Shown here: piece by piece, positions 1 through 11,816 of the stretch
How positions within the stretch are numbered: the first letter of the stretch is position 1
How the letters are laid out: each line of letters begins with the position of its first letter
From: Minutocellus sp. GHC0000111
Lineage: Eukaryota
DNA length: 64,000 bases
Reading direction: 5' to 3'
Assembly (NCBI GenBank): GCA_977018835.1
Contig: OZ361260.1
Coordinates: 186,001 to 250,000, forward strand
Notes under the pieces: generated by a model
The model's database searches: none
Seen by the model: the letters and a program-made list of their open reading frames with translations, nothing else
Told to the model about the DNA's origin: nothing
Position numbers and translations under genes: made by a program

Positions 1-27
1 GGATGTTTCATGTCAATTGTTGAGTGA

Positions 28-528
28 GTGGACTTCTGCTCATGTTGTTATTTCATTTTCATTCCACGGCCGTGCCTGTCTGTCTGCCACAGTCGGTCCG
101 CTTCGTCATCCTCAAGTGACGGTGTTGAGGAGAGCCGCCTCCGCGACAGCCGCCGTTCCCGTAGTGACCACCGTAACCGTCGCCGCCACGACCGCCATCG
201 GAGACGATCTCGTCGGCGTAGTCGTTCTCGCTCTCGTTCCCGCCGTCGTCGCGTAAGCCGCTCTCCTCCTGATCGACCGTACGACCGCCATCGGGGTCGT
301 ACGCGTCGGCACAGTCGTTCTCGCTCTCGTTCCCGCCGTAAAAGCCGCTCTCCTCCTCATAGACCTCAATCACAGAGCCGCTCCTTGACACGGCGTAGGA
401 GCCGTTCTTCCTCACCGAGCCTGTCTTCACACCATTCCAGATCTCGTTCGCGGAGTCGTTCTCGCAAGGGCCTCTCCCAACCGTCGCTGGTGTCCCTCCT
501 ACGAACAATGGACAACGATATTTCATGA
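28..528 (+). CDS. Arg/Ser-rich low-complexity ORF, probably the last exon of a gene starting outside the window; coding strand uncertain
   Basis: RSRSRSRSR tracts, a ~93-bp internal duplication (189-~270 / 282-~357) and a possible acceptor ccacag near 91. An acidic/Gly-rich ORF is also open on the minus strand (59-526). Confidence 0.35.
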   Translation: MDFCSCCYFIFIPRPCLSVCHSRSASSSSSDGVEESRLRDSRRSRSDHRNRRRHDRHRRRSRRRSRSRSRSRRRRVSRSPPDRPYDRHRGRTRRHSRSRSRSRRKSRSPPHRPQSQSRSLTRRRSRSSSPSLSSHHSRSRSRSRSRKGLSQPSLVSLLRTMDNDIS

Positions 529-571
529 GAGAGGCAGAATCTCACAATTCGAAGATACCGATGAAACTGAC

Positions 572-1540
572 TTACCGCTTTTCGTTTGTGCCATTTCCAG
601 CGATTGTGCCTTCGTCAACAACGCAATTGGAAATGTTGTCCATGTGGACGCCCATTACAACGGGCACAAGCTCTCCCTTGTGTCTGGAAAGTGCAATGAA
701 TGACTGACCTTTTGGAATGACAAGCTCTTCCCCGAAGTTAAGAGCCTCCAAGATGTCATTGTCCGCCATGACTTCGTCAAGATTTTGCCAATACGCGCTT
801 CTTTCGGTGCACTTTCCGTCGACTACTTGTGTGTACCGACATCGCTCGTCGCGACCACATGCGCTTTCCTCACTCACGATTACCATAAATTCATGGTCGA
901 TCCCTAAACTCTCCTTGATATCGGGGAGAAAGGGTGTCTCATCAAGTCCAAGATGCACTTTAGCTGCCTCTTCATTTCCCAAAAAAGGAAGACGAAATTG
1001 ACGTGGCCGATGTTCCTTCTTCGGTATGCCATCGTGGATGTCGCGGGGTTCGTCAGATGCGTTGTCGTCTGCCCTACTTCCTTCGTTGAGAAGTGCGGCA
1101 GAAATTGCGTTACGCGCAACCAGTGGTATGTTGCTTGGAATGCTGCCATTCAGCACCTTGTACTTCACGTCACTCAGGTCTAATGTCTTCTGCTCACCGT
1201 AGTCGTAGAGGAAAGTGTAACAATCGGGAAACCCACTGTGGGTCGCAACAATTGTTGCGGGAAAGTACATGCTGTCCCTCTTCCGGTACATGCCAATTCT
1301 CGCTCCAACAGCAAATTTCTGCTGGAGCGACATGCTTTCCGGCGGGCGAACGCAAATCTGGTCTTGTCTACGGAACGGGTGGTGACAGAGCCCGTGGCAG
1401 AGAGGTGGAGCGGTGGCTGCATCCGCGTCATCCGGTGGCTGCTGCGCATGCGATTTGGCGGGGCATTCATGTGCCAAATGAAGCGGCACAAGAGATGAGA
1501 TGACGGAAAGGGTCAATGCGCGAGGGCTCAGAATCAACAT
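572..1540 (-). CDS. Tudor/Agenet-like domain protein (possible mobile-element cargo)
   Basis: 322-aa ORF. FAVGARIGMYRKRDSMYFPATIVATHSGFPDCYTFLYDYGEQKTLDL fits the Tudor beta-barrel pattern. The ORF ends at a possible GTAAGT donor. Confidence 0.5.
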   Translation of the reverse strand: MLILSPRALTLSVISSLVPLHLAHECPAKSHAQQPPDDADAATAPPLCHGLCHHPFRRQDQICVRPPESMSLQQKFAVGARIGMYRKRDSMYFPATIVATHSGFPDCYTFLYDYGEQKTLDLSDVKYKVLNGSIPSNIPLVARNAISAALLNEGSRADDNASDEPRDIHDGIPKKEHRPRQFRLPFLGNEEAAKVHLGLDETPFLPDIKESLGIDHEFMVIVSEESACGRDERCRYTQVVDGKCTERSAYWQNLDEVMADNDILEALNFGEELVIPKGQSFIALSRHKGELVPVVMGVHMDNISNCVVDEGTIAGNGTNEKR

Positions 1541-1549
1541 TCAAAAAGG

Positions 1550-1885
1550 ATGTCAATAATGATGGACATTGATCATGCAGATGAAGATATTTCCTCGGAG
1601 CGTGAGCACGATGACGGAAACGAATATGACAGCGACGCAACGGTCACATATCCGTTTCCAACTTGCCCCTTCATGCCCGGCGACATCGTTCTGGTAGCTG
1701 CACGCACCGGACCAAGAATGAACAAGGCCGGAGGCGTCGGCAAGGTTGCAAAAGTCGACGAGGAGGCCGCCACTGCGACGGTGGTATACCTCATTGGCCG
1801 CAAAAGGACTGAGAAAAATATTCCCTTCGCAGACATGGTGCAATACAACCTCGGTCCTCGTGTAAGTAGGCGTAAGAAAAATTAA
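1550..1885 (+). CDS. Small Tudor/SH3-barrel-like protein
   Basis: Acidic N-terminus, then FMPGDIVLVAARTGPRMNKAGGVGKVAKVDEEAATATVVYLIG..EKNIP and a basic NLS-like tail RRKKN. Confidence 0.45.
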   Translation: MSIMMDIDHADEDISSEREHDDGNEYDSDATVTYPFPTCPFMPGDIVLVAARTGPRMNKAGGVGKVAKVDEEAATATVVYLIGRKRTEKNIPFADMVQYNLGPRVSRRKKN

Positions 1886-2154
1886 CATAATGAAACAATT
1901 GCATCGGACAGAAGAGACGCGAAGATGCGAAGCTGCATTGGAAAGGAACATCAAAGGCACACTTAGCATTGCAAATTAAAACATGAAGATATTATGTGCT
2001 ACCTTAACTATATTGTTAACACATTTATTAAATATTAAGTTGCACTATACGTAACATCCATGGTGACACAATCCATTCTGAACTTTGCTGCTAAAAGTAT
2101 AAGTACCAGCACAGGCAAACGTAAGACAACCAATACAACACAAGCAAAAGTTCC

Positions 2155-2590
2155 TCAATCCGTTTGATGTGGTGGCTGAAAAGGGACTCGATTTCCCCGC
2201 TCGAACTCACTGGGATCACATATCCCAACAAGCTCGCAGCCAGCGTGACGCGTAGGGACGGACGTGACAGCGTCGAACGCATCCATTCGAGGTCGGCGCA
2301 TGCTCTCAAGTGTCCGATTAGTGTTGTGGGCAGCACAATAGAGGTCGGGAGGCAGCAACTTGATACCGAAGTCGCGCACAATGCGCTCCACTATGCCAAA
2401 CCACTCCGCAATGAACACAACCATCTCGTCTTCGGTTACCTCGTCCCAAAGTGAGTATTTCTCTGAGCAGAAGTTTCTGGCACGCTCAACCATGCCGAAC
2501 CACTCGTCGTGAAGGTCCCTCGAGGGGAACTGATAGGATGTCACCGGGTACCCAGGGCCGACCGTCATATGTGCAGTGTATGGGGGCATG
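2155..2590 (-). CDS. Hypothetical protein
   Basis: Part of a 206-aa ORF (from MPPYTAH) with a duplicated EWFG(M/I)VER motif. No family recognised. Confidence 0.3.
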
Positions 2591-2793
2591 TCTACAGCAT
2601 GGCACGAGGGAGCGTAGGCCCTGATGATCGACAGCAGCAAATGAAAGGATACGCGGATACGCTGGATGGATGATATCGGAAGAACTTCCGTGCAGGCACC
2701 ACCTGTAATTGGCTGGTGACGCAAGGAGTGATGACGCGCCTTCGACCGCCCAACAGCGTCATCGCCGCGGCGCAAGCACCAGTATTGTGCATT

Positions 2794-2979
2794 TGGACGG
2801 ACGTGAATTCACGCCAGAGGTTTACGTAAATCCACGTCCAACAGTAGTATGAAAAGTGAGGACGTGACACGTCGACCTGAAATGCTACTGACTATTGATT
2901 TGTTAGTAAAATTTTCTAGTACGGTCGACGGACGGACGAACGCGAATTCACGTTAACGTGAAAAAGCGCGCACTCCGTA
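2794..2979. repeat. Cluster of short palindromes and GGAC repeats; putative mobile-element terminus
   Basis: Perfect palindromes cgtgaattcacg (2802-2813), tttacgtaaa (2821-2830) and ttcacgttaacgtgaa (2947-2962). ggacggacg occurs twice. The tract ends at ...cactccg|TA, followed by host-type TAGC repeats. Confidence 0.4.
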
Positions 2980-3285
2980 GCTAGCCTAGAGCTAGCTAGT
3001 AGTAGGAATTCCTAGTACGCCTGCCGATGCCTGCCTGGCATGTGGGGTTCGCTTTCAATGACACGTTCAGAACAGGTCAGGGCGCGGGGAACGGCTCACC
3101 CTGAAAGCGAAGGCACACCAACCCAAAATCATCATAGAGCATCAAAGGACCAATCTAGCTAGCTAGCACTCACTCGTAGCCGTAAAGGAAGCAACACATC
3201 TCGTTGTATTTACATGTATCATTGAATTCAAATCAGGGAAGTCGAACACATCACACTTCAAACTTCGAAAACTCTGAAAAATACC

Positions 3286-3951
3286 ATGACATCGTATAGA
3301 GACAAGGTGAAAATCCATGCCGTCCTCATGCTTTTGGGGTGGGGCTTCTTCATCCCGGTGGCTCTTTTTACCCGATCCCACCTCTCTCGCCGATCATACG
3401 CTCACGACGAGTTTGGCGTGCACTTTCACATGGCCGTGTCCACCATCGGACTTGCACTGTCGCTCGCTGGCTTTGGATATGGCATTAAGAATTTTAATAC
3501 TCTCGAACAAAGGGGCGTCGGCGAACGAACGGACCAGTATGAGTACGCCCATGCCGTTATTGGCACTCTGGCAACGGCGGGCTCTGTTTTGCAGCTGCTC
3601 TTGATGGCGATCATGCGCAAACCCAAGGACGAGAACGACACCTTTTCGGGTTGGCCCATGCGGCAAAAGATTGGTCACGTTTCCCATCGTGCCTGTGGAT
3701 TCATTTCCCTCTACCTCGCACTGGTGTGTATGGAGATGGGGACGCATCTGAGTAGCAGCAGGGCACAAAAGTACTCGGCTGCCCTGATTGGTACGCTAAC
3801 TGCGGCAGTTCTGGTAATTGTATTGACAGTTCGTTTTGCCATCTTGAAATATGACGATAAACGTAGCCAGCGAGTTGCCAAAATCCACGAGGTAAAGATC
3901 GATCTCAAAGAGGAGGAAGAAGAATCAATTCAAGCTGAAGAAAAGGTGTAG
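3286..3951 (+). CDS. Cytochrome b561-like transmembrane protein
   Basis: 221 aa, five hydrophobic helices, heme-ligand His pattern KIHAVLMLLGWG / HFHM / YAHAVIG / SHRACG. Confidence 0.75.
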   Translation: MTSYRDKVKIHAVLMLLGWGFFIPVALFTRSHLSRRSYAHDEFGVHFHMAVSTIGLALSLAGFGYGIKNFNTLEQRGVGERTDQYEYAHAVIGTLATAGSVLQLLLMAIMRKPKDENDTFSGWPMRQKIGHVSHRACGFISLYLALVCMEMGTHLSSSRAQKYSAALIGTLTAAVLVIVLTVRFAILKYDDKRSQRVAKIHEVKIDLKEEEEESIQAEEKV

Positions 3952-4062
3952 AGAATAAATGATCCATGGACACATTGGAAAAGTAGCGAGGAACATTCGA
4001 TTCAAATAATATTCACACTAAATAGTACACCTACAATGCATTAGCTCTAAACTAAAAACGCT

Positions 4063-5244
4063 TCACTCCTTCTCCTTGTCTTCACTCCCTTTTGGCAATG
4101 AACGATGCATGAGCACCCCCAAGAGAGCCGCGGTTCCCATCTTGCCGCCCCATCCACCCAATAACAACCCCGTCATCCCAACCCAAGCAACAGCCGACAG
4201 AGCCGAAGCCAGAGCCAGAGCCTTCCTGTTTTTCAATACAGTGGGCGCACTCATGGAAATAAAACTACCAACGAAGGCTGGCCCCGCTGCGGTAGGACTA
4301 ACAAGGGCAGCAATCGCTCCAGTGGCGCCTACTGCAGCGGTGGGGGTGGCCAAACGAGGCAGCGATAGCTTCGATGCATATTCCTCGAAAAAAAACATGA
4401 AAAATGCCCCGGCAATCGTTGAAAGAATCATCGGCGCCAAGGTAGTGGCAGCTCCAGCCATCGATAAAGATTTGTACAGATTCAAGTCAACCAAAGCTGC
4501 CGGTGCCACAACTTCTCCCAATATCGATTCCAACATGGATCGGATACTGCTGGGAATGACTCGCAATCCATATCGAAGGACCACGAATGTTGACGTGCAA
4601 GCGACCTGCGCAATGAAGCCCAGCCTACCGCCTTTTCCAATGAGCCATTTTTGCCGATCAAACAGCCGAATCATGTACGAGCAGACCAAACCCAACACCG
4701 CGGCAGCGGCCGGGCTTGGGATGACAGCCTGCCGAGCCATACCGGCGAAGGATCCACAAAGTGCTGCAAGTTGCATCACCGGCCGATTGGGTCCAAGTGC
4801 AATCGCCGATGCCAGAGCAACCACGGATGATCCCATGACAGGTCCGAGGTTGTACTGATTGTTGACAATGTAGGTAATGACGGTGGCTGCCGTGGCGGCA
4901 CAAGTCTTGGCCACTGTACCATCGGATGTCACGGTTGGGAGAGCAATGCGACGACGTGCCTCCTTGGCATTGGCACCACTGTCGCCGAAGCCATCTGCCG
5001 CGGTTGAAGATGCGGTCGAAGCAAGAGGAATTCTTCTACTTGAGCCATCTCGTTTCCTGTTTGTGATGATTAGCTGCCGCCTCTTATGATGTTGATGGTG
5101 GTTGTGATGATGACATTGTGTTACTGTTGTTGATCGTCCCAATTGCTGCTGCTGAAAGGCAGACGCCGTGCCAAGGTGACCAGAAAGGAGTATGACAAAC
5201 ACAAAAATTCGTGCCCCAGGAAAAACACCGGCGAAGGGACGCAT
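4063..5244 (-). CDS. Plastid-targeted multi-pass membrane protein of unknown function
   Basis: Signal peptide ending ASAF plus a transit peptide. Two internal repeats GSFAGM...GGRLG and GSFISMS...GGKMG. Confidence 0.7.
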   Translation of the reverse strand: MRPFAGVFPGARIFVFVILLSGHLGTASAFQQQQLGRSTTVTQCHHHNHHQHHKRRQLIITNRKRDGSSRRIPLASTASSTAADGFGDSGANAKEARRRIALPTVTSDGTVAKTCAATAATVITYIVNNQYNLGPVMGSSVVALASAIALGPNRPVMQLAALCGSFAGMARQAVIPSPAAAAVLGLVCSYMIRLFDRQKWLIGKGGRLGFIAQVACTSTFVVLRYGLRVIPSSIRSMLESILGEVVAPAALVDLNLYKSLSMAGAATTLAPMILSTIAGAFFMFFFEEYASKLSLPRLATPTAAVGATGAIAALVSPTAAGPAFVGSFISMSAPTVLKNRKALALASALSAVAWVGMTGLLLGGWGGKMGTAALLGVLMHRSLPKGSEDKEKE

Positions 5245-5429
5245 TGTTTTGGGTTTTAATTTCTGTTGGTCGCCACCGTTTGGGCTTTGAATCAATAATA
5301 TGCTCCTAATGAACGTTGGTGTTCCTTCGAAGGAGATGCGAAAAAGAGATGCCGGTGCGGTGGGCTGCTGCTGACGTAGCTCCGTACCGTACGTAGTATG
5401 TACGATCATGCTGGCTTACGTACCTAGTA

Positions 5430-8400
5430 CCTTTCGGTTTCAGAGGATTTGTAGAGGGTATACCAATAACCCCTAAAAAAGGTCATTCTTGCACCCATTT
5501 CTCATTTCCCACCACGTGTTTTGTTAGTCGACATTCTCTTCGGGAGGAACGCAAATACTCCTCAACTCGTGGATATCTACTGGACCTGCTCATTCAGTAG
5601 GTTGCCACCGACCAGTAGTATCCACTGAATTCGCAGGTCCAGTAGATTCTGGCAGGAACACATATATTTTTTGGTCCCCCGCACACCCCCTCACACACAC
5701 ACCGCAACCCGCAAATTTTGTGACGATGACGACGACCAACCAGACCACGCCCAAAAAATACAAACGCAGCAGAACTTCGTTCTCAGGGAGCAAGAGAGGC
5801 AACACCAAGGCATCCAGGAAGGCGGCAAAGGCGGCAGCTGAGCCGAAAACACCATCGCCGAGCGCAAACACGCACACGTCGAAGAAGCGGCCACGGTCAA
5901 GTTCGCCCCCGCCAAACCGTCACCGTCGTCGGCGAAGAAGAGGACGGCCCCTCCTCCCATCCCCATGGCCTTTCTCCTTGCAGCAGATGTCATTCGAAGG
6001 GCTGGTAAGGATCTGTGGTGGAGAGTGACCCCCGATTCCTGCGGCAAAGATGACATTTGTGTTGTTGGTTCTCGGCAGAAGTGATGGGAAGACGTCCTCC
6101 CTGCTTTCATCGAGGCCGACTTGTTGCGTTCCAAGTCCGTCGGTGGAGGAAAGTATGAGCTACAGTACAACGAGGAAAAATGGAAGGATGTGCAGCAACA
6201 TCTCAAGGAGCATTGTAGTTTGAAGTTGCACTTGTCGACGCATCGGCCGAGAGGGAAGACAAGACGCAGGGCGCTTTGTTTGTGTGCTCACAGGTTGCGC
6301 AAAAAGAAGGAGGACAACCACCCGAAATTCTCTGGACCGGAGGGACAGAAGGTGCACGAGAAAAGCAATCCCGATGAAGTTCTGTTCTCTGGGCGCTCGA
6401 CTGTCTTAGCTACTAAGCTAGGTGAGAGGTTGTCAGCTCACAGAAAGGAGGTGCAGTCAGCGCATTGCGAAGCAAGAGTAAAATCACTAGTCGACGAGGC
6501 CAAGAAACTGGGTTGGATGCCAGCAAGTCTCCTCAGCACACTGAAGGGAACTGGTGATACTTCCGCCACTGAAGCAGCTGCAGCCTCCCCCAATGATGAA
6601 GGTTTAGGAGGAGCCGATACTTCCGTTGTCTGTGCCACCTCCAGTGACATTGATGAACAGGTAAAGGTCGCGCTCTCGGCCTCGACTTTGTTGTTCGGAT
6701 GGCCAACGATGACATGCTCCGTCCTCCTCGTCCCAATGCAACCGTCACCGAACCAATGCCAATCAGAAAAGAAAAGCAGGCGAATGAAAGAATGCGGTTC
6801 AGCGCCGTGGCTCTCGCGGATTGGTGGGGATGCGGCGACCCAACTCGCACGCATGAAGACCGGCAACAAATTGCAACTGCCGCGTGTCGGCAAGTTGCGC
6901 ACGATCACGGTTATGCCAAGTCAACCGGTGGTTCTCAGCTTTACAAGTGGAGAGACCAGCTCTACAAAAGCCTTACTGATGGCATCAGCAATCCCATCGG
7001 CAGAAAGGAGGTTCGTGGAAGGAAGGCATGCACGGACATGATCGAGGAGAAGGAGCCAGGACATCTCCGCGAGCTGTGTCGGCATGCTGCTCGGATGAAG
7101 GGTGCGATGGCAACCTTTAAGGAGCTAGCTGACTTTGTGAGCGCAAAATCAGCTACTCCAGATGAAGACAGGCTGACAATTAGTCTCCATCGTCTTCAGC
7201 TTTTTCGCTGGTGGAAAAAGCAAGGCGGCAAGGAGAAGTCGTCGATCGAGAAGCCGAGGCTCACCCCCGAACATTGTAGGAAGCGACTTGATTGGATCGA
7301 AAAGTGGGAGGACATTACGACCGATCCCAACATTCCTGTAGCGTGTCTTGATGAAAAGTGGTTTTACACTGCTACTCGGCGACGAAAGATCAAGATGTTG
7401 CCACTTTCTGACGAAGAACTAAGCAGTCCGAACCTCGCGTCTATCCATGCTTCCGAGGCAAGCCCGAAAATTCGATCCAGAAGACACCCTGTCAAAGTTA
7501 TGCATCTTGGAGTTGTTGGCCGACCAATGAAGGACGAAACCAAAGACGTTGATTTCAATGGGCGCATCATGATCAAGAGAGTCGCCAGGGAGCAGAAGGT
7601 GGAAAAGCTTACGCGTAATCAGAATTTCTCTCCAGATGCTAAGGTCAACGATGCGCTAAAAAATGACAAAGATTGGCGCGACATTTACGACGAGAATGCT
7701 GACATGACCGTCGGCCATCTTTGCGACCACATTGCCGAAATCTACGGCCTTTCTGAGTTTGTTACAGAGCGATTGGAACTTCAATACGAGGACTATAAAT
7801 CCGACGGTCAGGCAAAAAGTCGCAAGCATGCCGCTGTTGGCTACAATCAAAAGATCTCGAGTCTCAAGCGACACACTCCTGATAGCAATGGAGAGAAGGT
7901 GAAGGTTGAGATCGACGACCTTGAGCTCGGGGTGCGGTATCAACGGGGCGATAAGGTTACCAAGGACTGTAGCTGCGACTCCAAATGGATGTTGGAGACT
8001 ATGAATGAGGTCGGGAAGGCGATTCGAGACGCACATCATTGGGTGAAGTGGGATCCACAAAATGTTCAGGAGTCTGATGTGTTTTGTGTCTTATGATGGA
8101 CAATGCCGGCGGTCATGGGTCCAATGAAGCAGTTGAGAAGTACACCGAGGACCTCAAAAACAAATATAAGATTGAGATAATCCAGCAGGTTCCTCGGTCG
8201 CCCGAGACAAATGTTCTTGATCTCGGCATCTTGATGTCTTTGCAGTCGGCCGTCGAAAAGGAGCATCGCGGTCAGAAGAATGATGCGAATGCTCTTGACA
8301 AGACTGTGATGAAAGCATGGGCCAATGTCGCATCAAAAGAGGCCTTTCTCAGTGTATTTGGAAAACTTCCAGTGATATATAACAACATCAAGAGAAGTCG

Positions 8401-8906
8401 TGGCGGTAACAATCTTGTGGAGACCAGACGGGGAAAGGCTGGTCTCGCAAAAATTGCCGCGCGCCGAGGAAGAGAAGCTGAAGAGGATGGTGAACCACTC
8501 TGGCCAATTGATGCTCCCGGCGAAGATGATGACATTGAGGACGACATAGATGAAAATGATGAAGACGATGGAGTCATTGATTTGCTATAACTTATCATAG
8601 CATGTCCATTTCTATTCATTACATTTTGATTTGGTGCTTCCAAAAATGTATTTTTTCCCGGGGCGAGGAATGCAAATGTCGAAAAAAATCATCACATAAT
8701 GTACATTTATTGGTTCTGGTGCACAATATCTCTCGACTATATGTAGAAGTTGGTGACCATAACTTGGTTCTTGCCCCGACTTCCATCTTGGCCGTCATTT
8801 ATTCCTCGGAGTTAGAAAAAGTGAGCTTGGATTTTTGGTCTCTGGTGTGGTCATGTTTCTAAGACGTCATCATCACGTCACTTTCAAATCCTCTGAACTC
8901 GAAAGG
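5430..8906 (+). mobile_element. Tc1/mariner DNA transposon of the DD39D (plant-MLE-like) group; full length, defective
   Basis: 22-bp TIRs cctttcggtttcagaggatttg (5430-5451) and caaatcctctgaactcgaaagg (8885-8906), 2 mismatches. TA on both flanks (5428-29, 8907-08). Contains a transposase. Confidence 0.92.
5726..8590 (+). pseudogene. DD39D transposase, disrupted
   Basis: Motifs LDEKWFY, KVMHLGVVGRP and MDNAGGHG...QVPRSPETNVLDLG, with 39 residues between the 2nd and 3rd Asp. Frameshifts near ~5905, ~6660 and ~8085; in-frame TGA at 6082. Confidence 0.88.
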
Positions 8907-9239
8907 TACACCACCACAAGCTCAAATCTCGTCGTTTTAGCTGCTTATTATTTGAACCAACAGCGACAATGGTGAACTCCAGGAAGAGGCGACTCGTTGC
9001 TGCTGCCCGCCCCGCCCCGCCTTCTATTATAAATGGTGCATCGGAGGGGTGTGTTCCATTCGCTCGAGAATCAGAGCCATCCCGCAGACGGAAACTAGCG
9101 TATCCTGATGCTCAAGCAATTGCCCTCGGAATTCCGATTTCGGCGAGCACTACTCGTAGCTCGTGTCCTGGTGGTGGTCTGGCGCGAGAATCAAGAAGAG
9201 CAGAGGATAGACTTTGCGCACAGACGAAGAACGAGGGCA

Positions 9240-11352
9240 ATGAAAATTAGAAACGCTGGTGTGGTGGGCCTCCTCCTTTTGGGTGCGGGTGGTGGCGGAC
9301 TGAGCGTTTGTGCGGAAGAAATTGGAGAGTTTGGCCGACCGAACTCCAACGAAGAGAAAGTCAGCTCCCACGACGCCGACGAGGCAACCCCAAAGCCAAA
9401 GAGTGCGTTGGTATCAGATCTGAATAGGAACTCTCCGCCGGTCCCTCCAGGCATATCTAATGATGGAAAGACTCCTGTGGTGGCACCGGTACTACCTGAT
9501 CGTGCCGCCAACGATGAGTCCTCGGAGAAGAAAAATGGTGACTTCTTGTGGTGGTGCCAGCATTTGATGGGGATCAAAATGCCGCACGTGGAGATCCGAA
9601 CATTTGACTATCCCGACTATCTCGAAGAACGTGCCGCGTGGGATGCCTATCATGCGGAACTGGCCACCGTTCGGGCCGTCCAATCCGTTCTTGGTAATGA
9701 TGACAGCATTAGCAGCACTTCTAGCCGAGCAGGAATCACCCCTCCAGATACCGATGCCATCCCCACCGTCCCGGTTCGCGGATTGGCCGCCACTCAGCCG
9801 ATATCGCCGGGAGAGACCATCATTTCTATACCCCTCAATGCCATGATTTCGGTCCAGACGACGATTGATCACGATCCGGTTCTCTCCACCGTGCTGGGAC
9901 CAGCGCAGCGATCAGAATACGGATGGGATGGGGCCAACGCTCGCTTCTACGAAGTACCGCTCCTCATCGTGGCGGTTTTGTACCATGCGCATGTGCTTGG
10001 TGATCAAAGTCCTCTATCGAAGTACATTGACTCCATGCGAGATGCGCCTGTGGAGAGCATGCCCTTTCTACTCGATCATGCGCAGTTTCGTCGTCAGGGG
10101 TTTTCGGATGGCGTCAGGAAGGTCATTGGTGAAGTGCAGGACGACATGAGAGACATGTATGTGACTGTCATGGGGGCTCTCGTCAAAGATTTTCCCGACG
10201 TATTTGGCCCGCCGAAAAGTGAGCAGGGTGATGTTATCGACGATTGGGCCTTTTCCTTCGAACGTTTCAGTTGGGCTTTTGCTGTTGTGAACTCTCGTCA
10301 TTGGAATGTACCCGTCCTAGACTTGGATGACGCTGGTGAAGCCGTCATGCGTCCTGTGTCTTTGGCATTGTCCACTAGTGCTACTGGTGGAATGAGTGCG
10401 CCAGCCATAACCCCGAACGGTGGTCAGAATAGTGTGAGCGTCGAGGGTGAGGGAGTGGATTTACCGCCACACGAAGGCGCCTCTGAACACTTGTCATCTA
10501 TCGGCGTAGATGGCATCGAAACTCCACCTGCCGCTCAGCCTACAGACGTATTTGTCGAGCAGCAAGTGGCAGGTACTGGCGCCGTCGAAAATAGCCGAGA
10601 AAGTAATGAGCGGTCCGAATCATCGGAGGATGTTGTAAAGGGAGTGGTGTCCAGCGACGAATCAGAAAGTCGACATGTGGTAATGAATCCTCGATCCCAC
10701 TCCTTCTTGGCACCTCTGGCAGATCTACTCAATTTTGGACCGCCGTGCACTCGAGGCTCATATGATGTATTGACCCGTACCTTCAACGTAGTTGCTACCT
10801 GTAGCTTTGAGCCCGGTCAGGAGATTACTTTGAGATTGTGAGGACGTAATTTATGCCAATTATGGTTTCGTTCATCCAATGATCCCAACCTGTCCCACAT
10901 TTGAAGACACTAAGAAAGAAGTGGACAGCTGGATGGCCAAAAGCAAAGATTTAAGCACAGCACTTGTGGCAGCCTATGAAGACATGGATACCATGGAAGC
11001 GGACATCCAAGATTTAGCTGACAGATTAGAAGCATGCGGTTGTCAGGAGGTGGATGCCAATACTAGAATTACCGATGATTATGTCCCTGGACAGTCTCAG
11101 GTAACTTAGCCACCGACTATTGCCAATGCTTCGGGCCAAGATGCTTCACCTCCTCAGGCCCCATCGAGAAGAACCATCACGGACAATGCACCACATAAGG
11201 AGTTGCGGGGCAGTGCTCATGCTGCTTCCCAGGCAAAGGGCGGAACGGAAGATGAGAGTGATGCATCGACTGAAAGTCACGGCGGTGTGAGAAGATTATG
11301 GCGACGAATCAGCAGCAATCGGGACATCCGAGACATTGAGGACAGTCTTTGA
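9240..11352 (+). pseudogene. SET-domain (Rubisco-LSMT/SETD3-like) methyltransferase with a frameshift
   Basis: RGLAATQPISPGETIISIP, FSWAFAVVNSR, LAPLADLLN and GQEIT, then a frameshift at ~10830 before YANYGF. TAG at 11107 may lie in a 57-bp intron (11101-11157). Hydrophobic signal at the N-terminus. Confidence 0.75.
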
Positions 11353-11816
11353 TTCAATTCTTGGAGAAAAATCGAATCGAAATTTTTGAAGACATGAATA
11401 GATCAATGTTAGAATGTAAATTTTGAGATAGGAATTTCCTATTAGGATTCCTGCATGAAAAGCCATCCATCTACTCTACAAAGCATTTAGCAGATCTACC
11501 GGTACCATATTGCCGGTCCACTCGCGCTTGGTGGGTGGCTGGGAGATCAAGCTGGCCTCTGGCCAAGAATGGACTTATTCGACTAGACTCGACTCACTCG
11601 ACTCGATGTCACGATTGGCAAGCAAGTCAAGAGCATCATGCAAGGAAAACACTAGGCCTATGCAGCGGCAGTGGCCCAGCGACCTGAAGAACGCAAGGAA
11701 CAAGGCAGCAACACCAGCATCAAGGCGAGAGGGCTGGATAGCACATTACGCACTCCATTTGTCGTACTAGTAATCCGACACTGAGACGAAGCATTTTGTC
11801 TGTCAATCAATCAACT

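Noticed and set aside
8080..8096. Programmed -1 frameshift in the transposase
   Set aside because: No canonical slippery heptamer, and the gene carries several other disruptions; simple decay is more likely.
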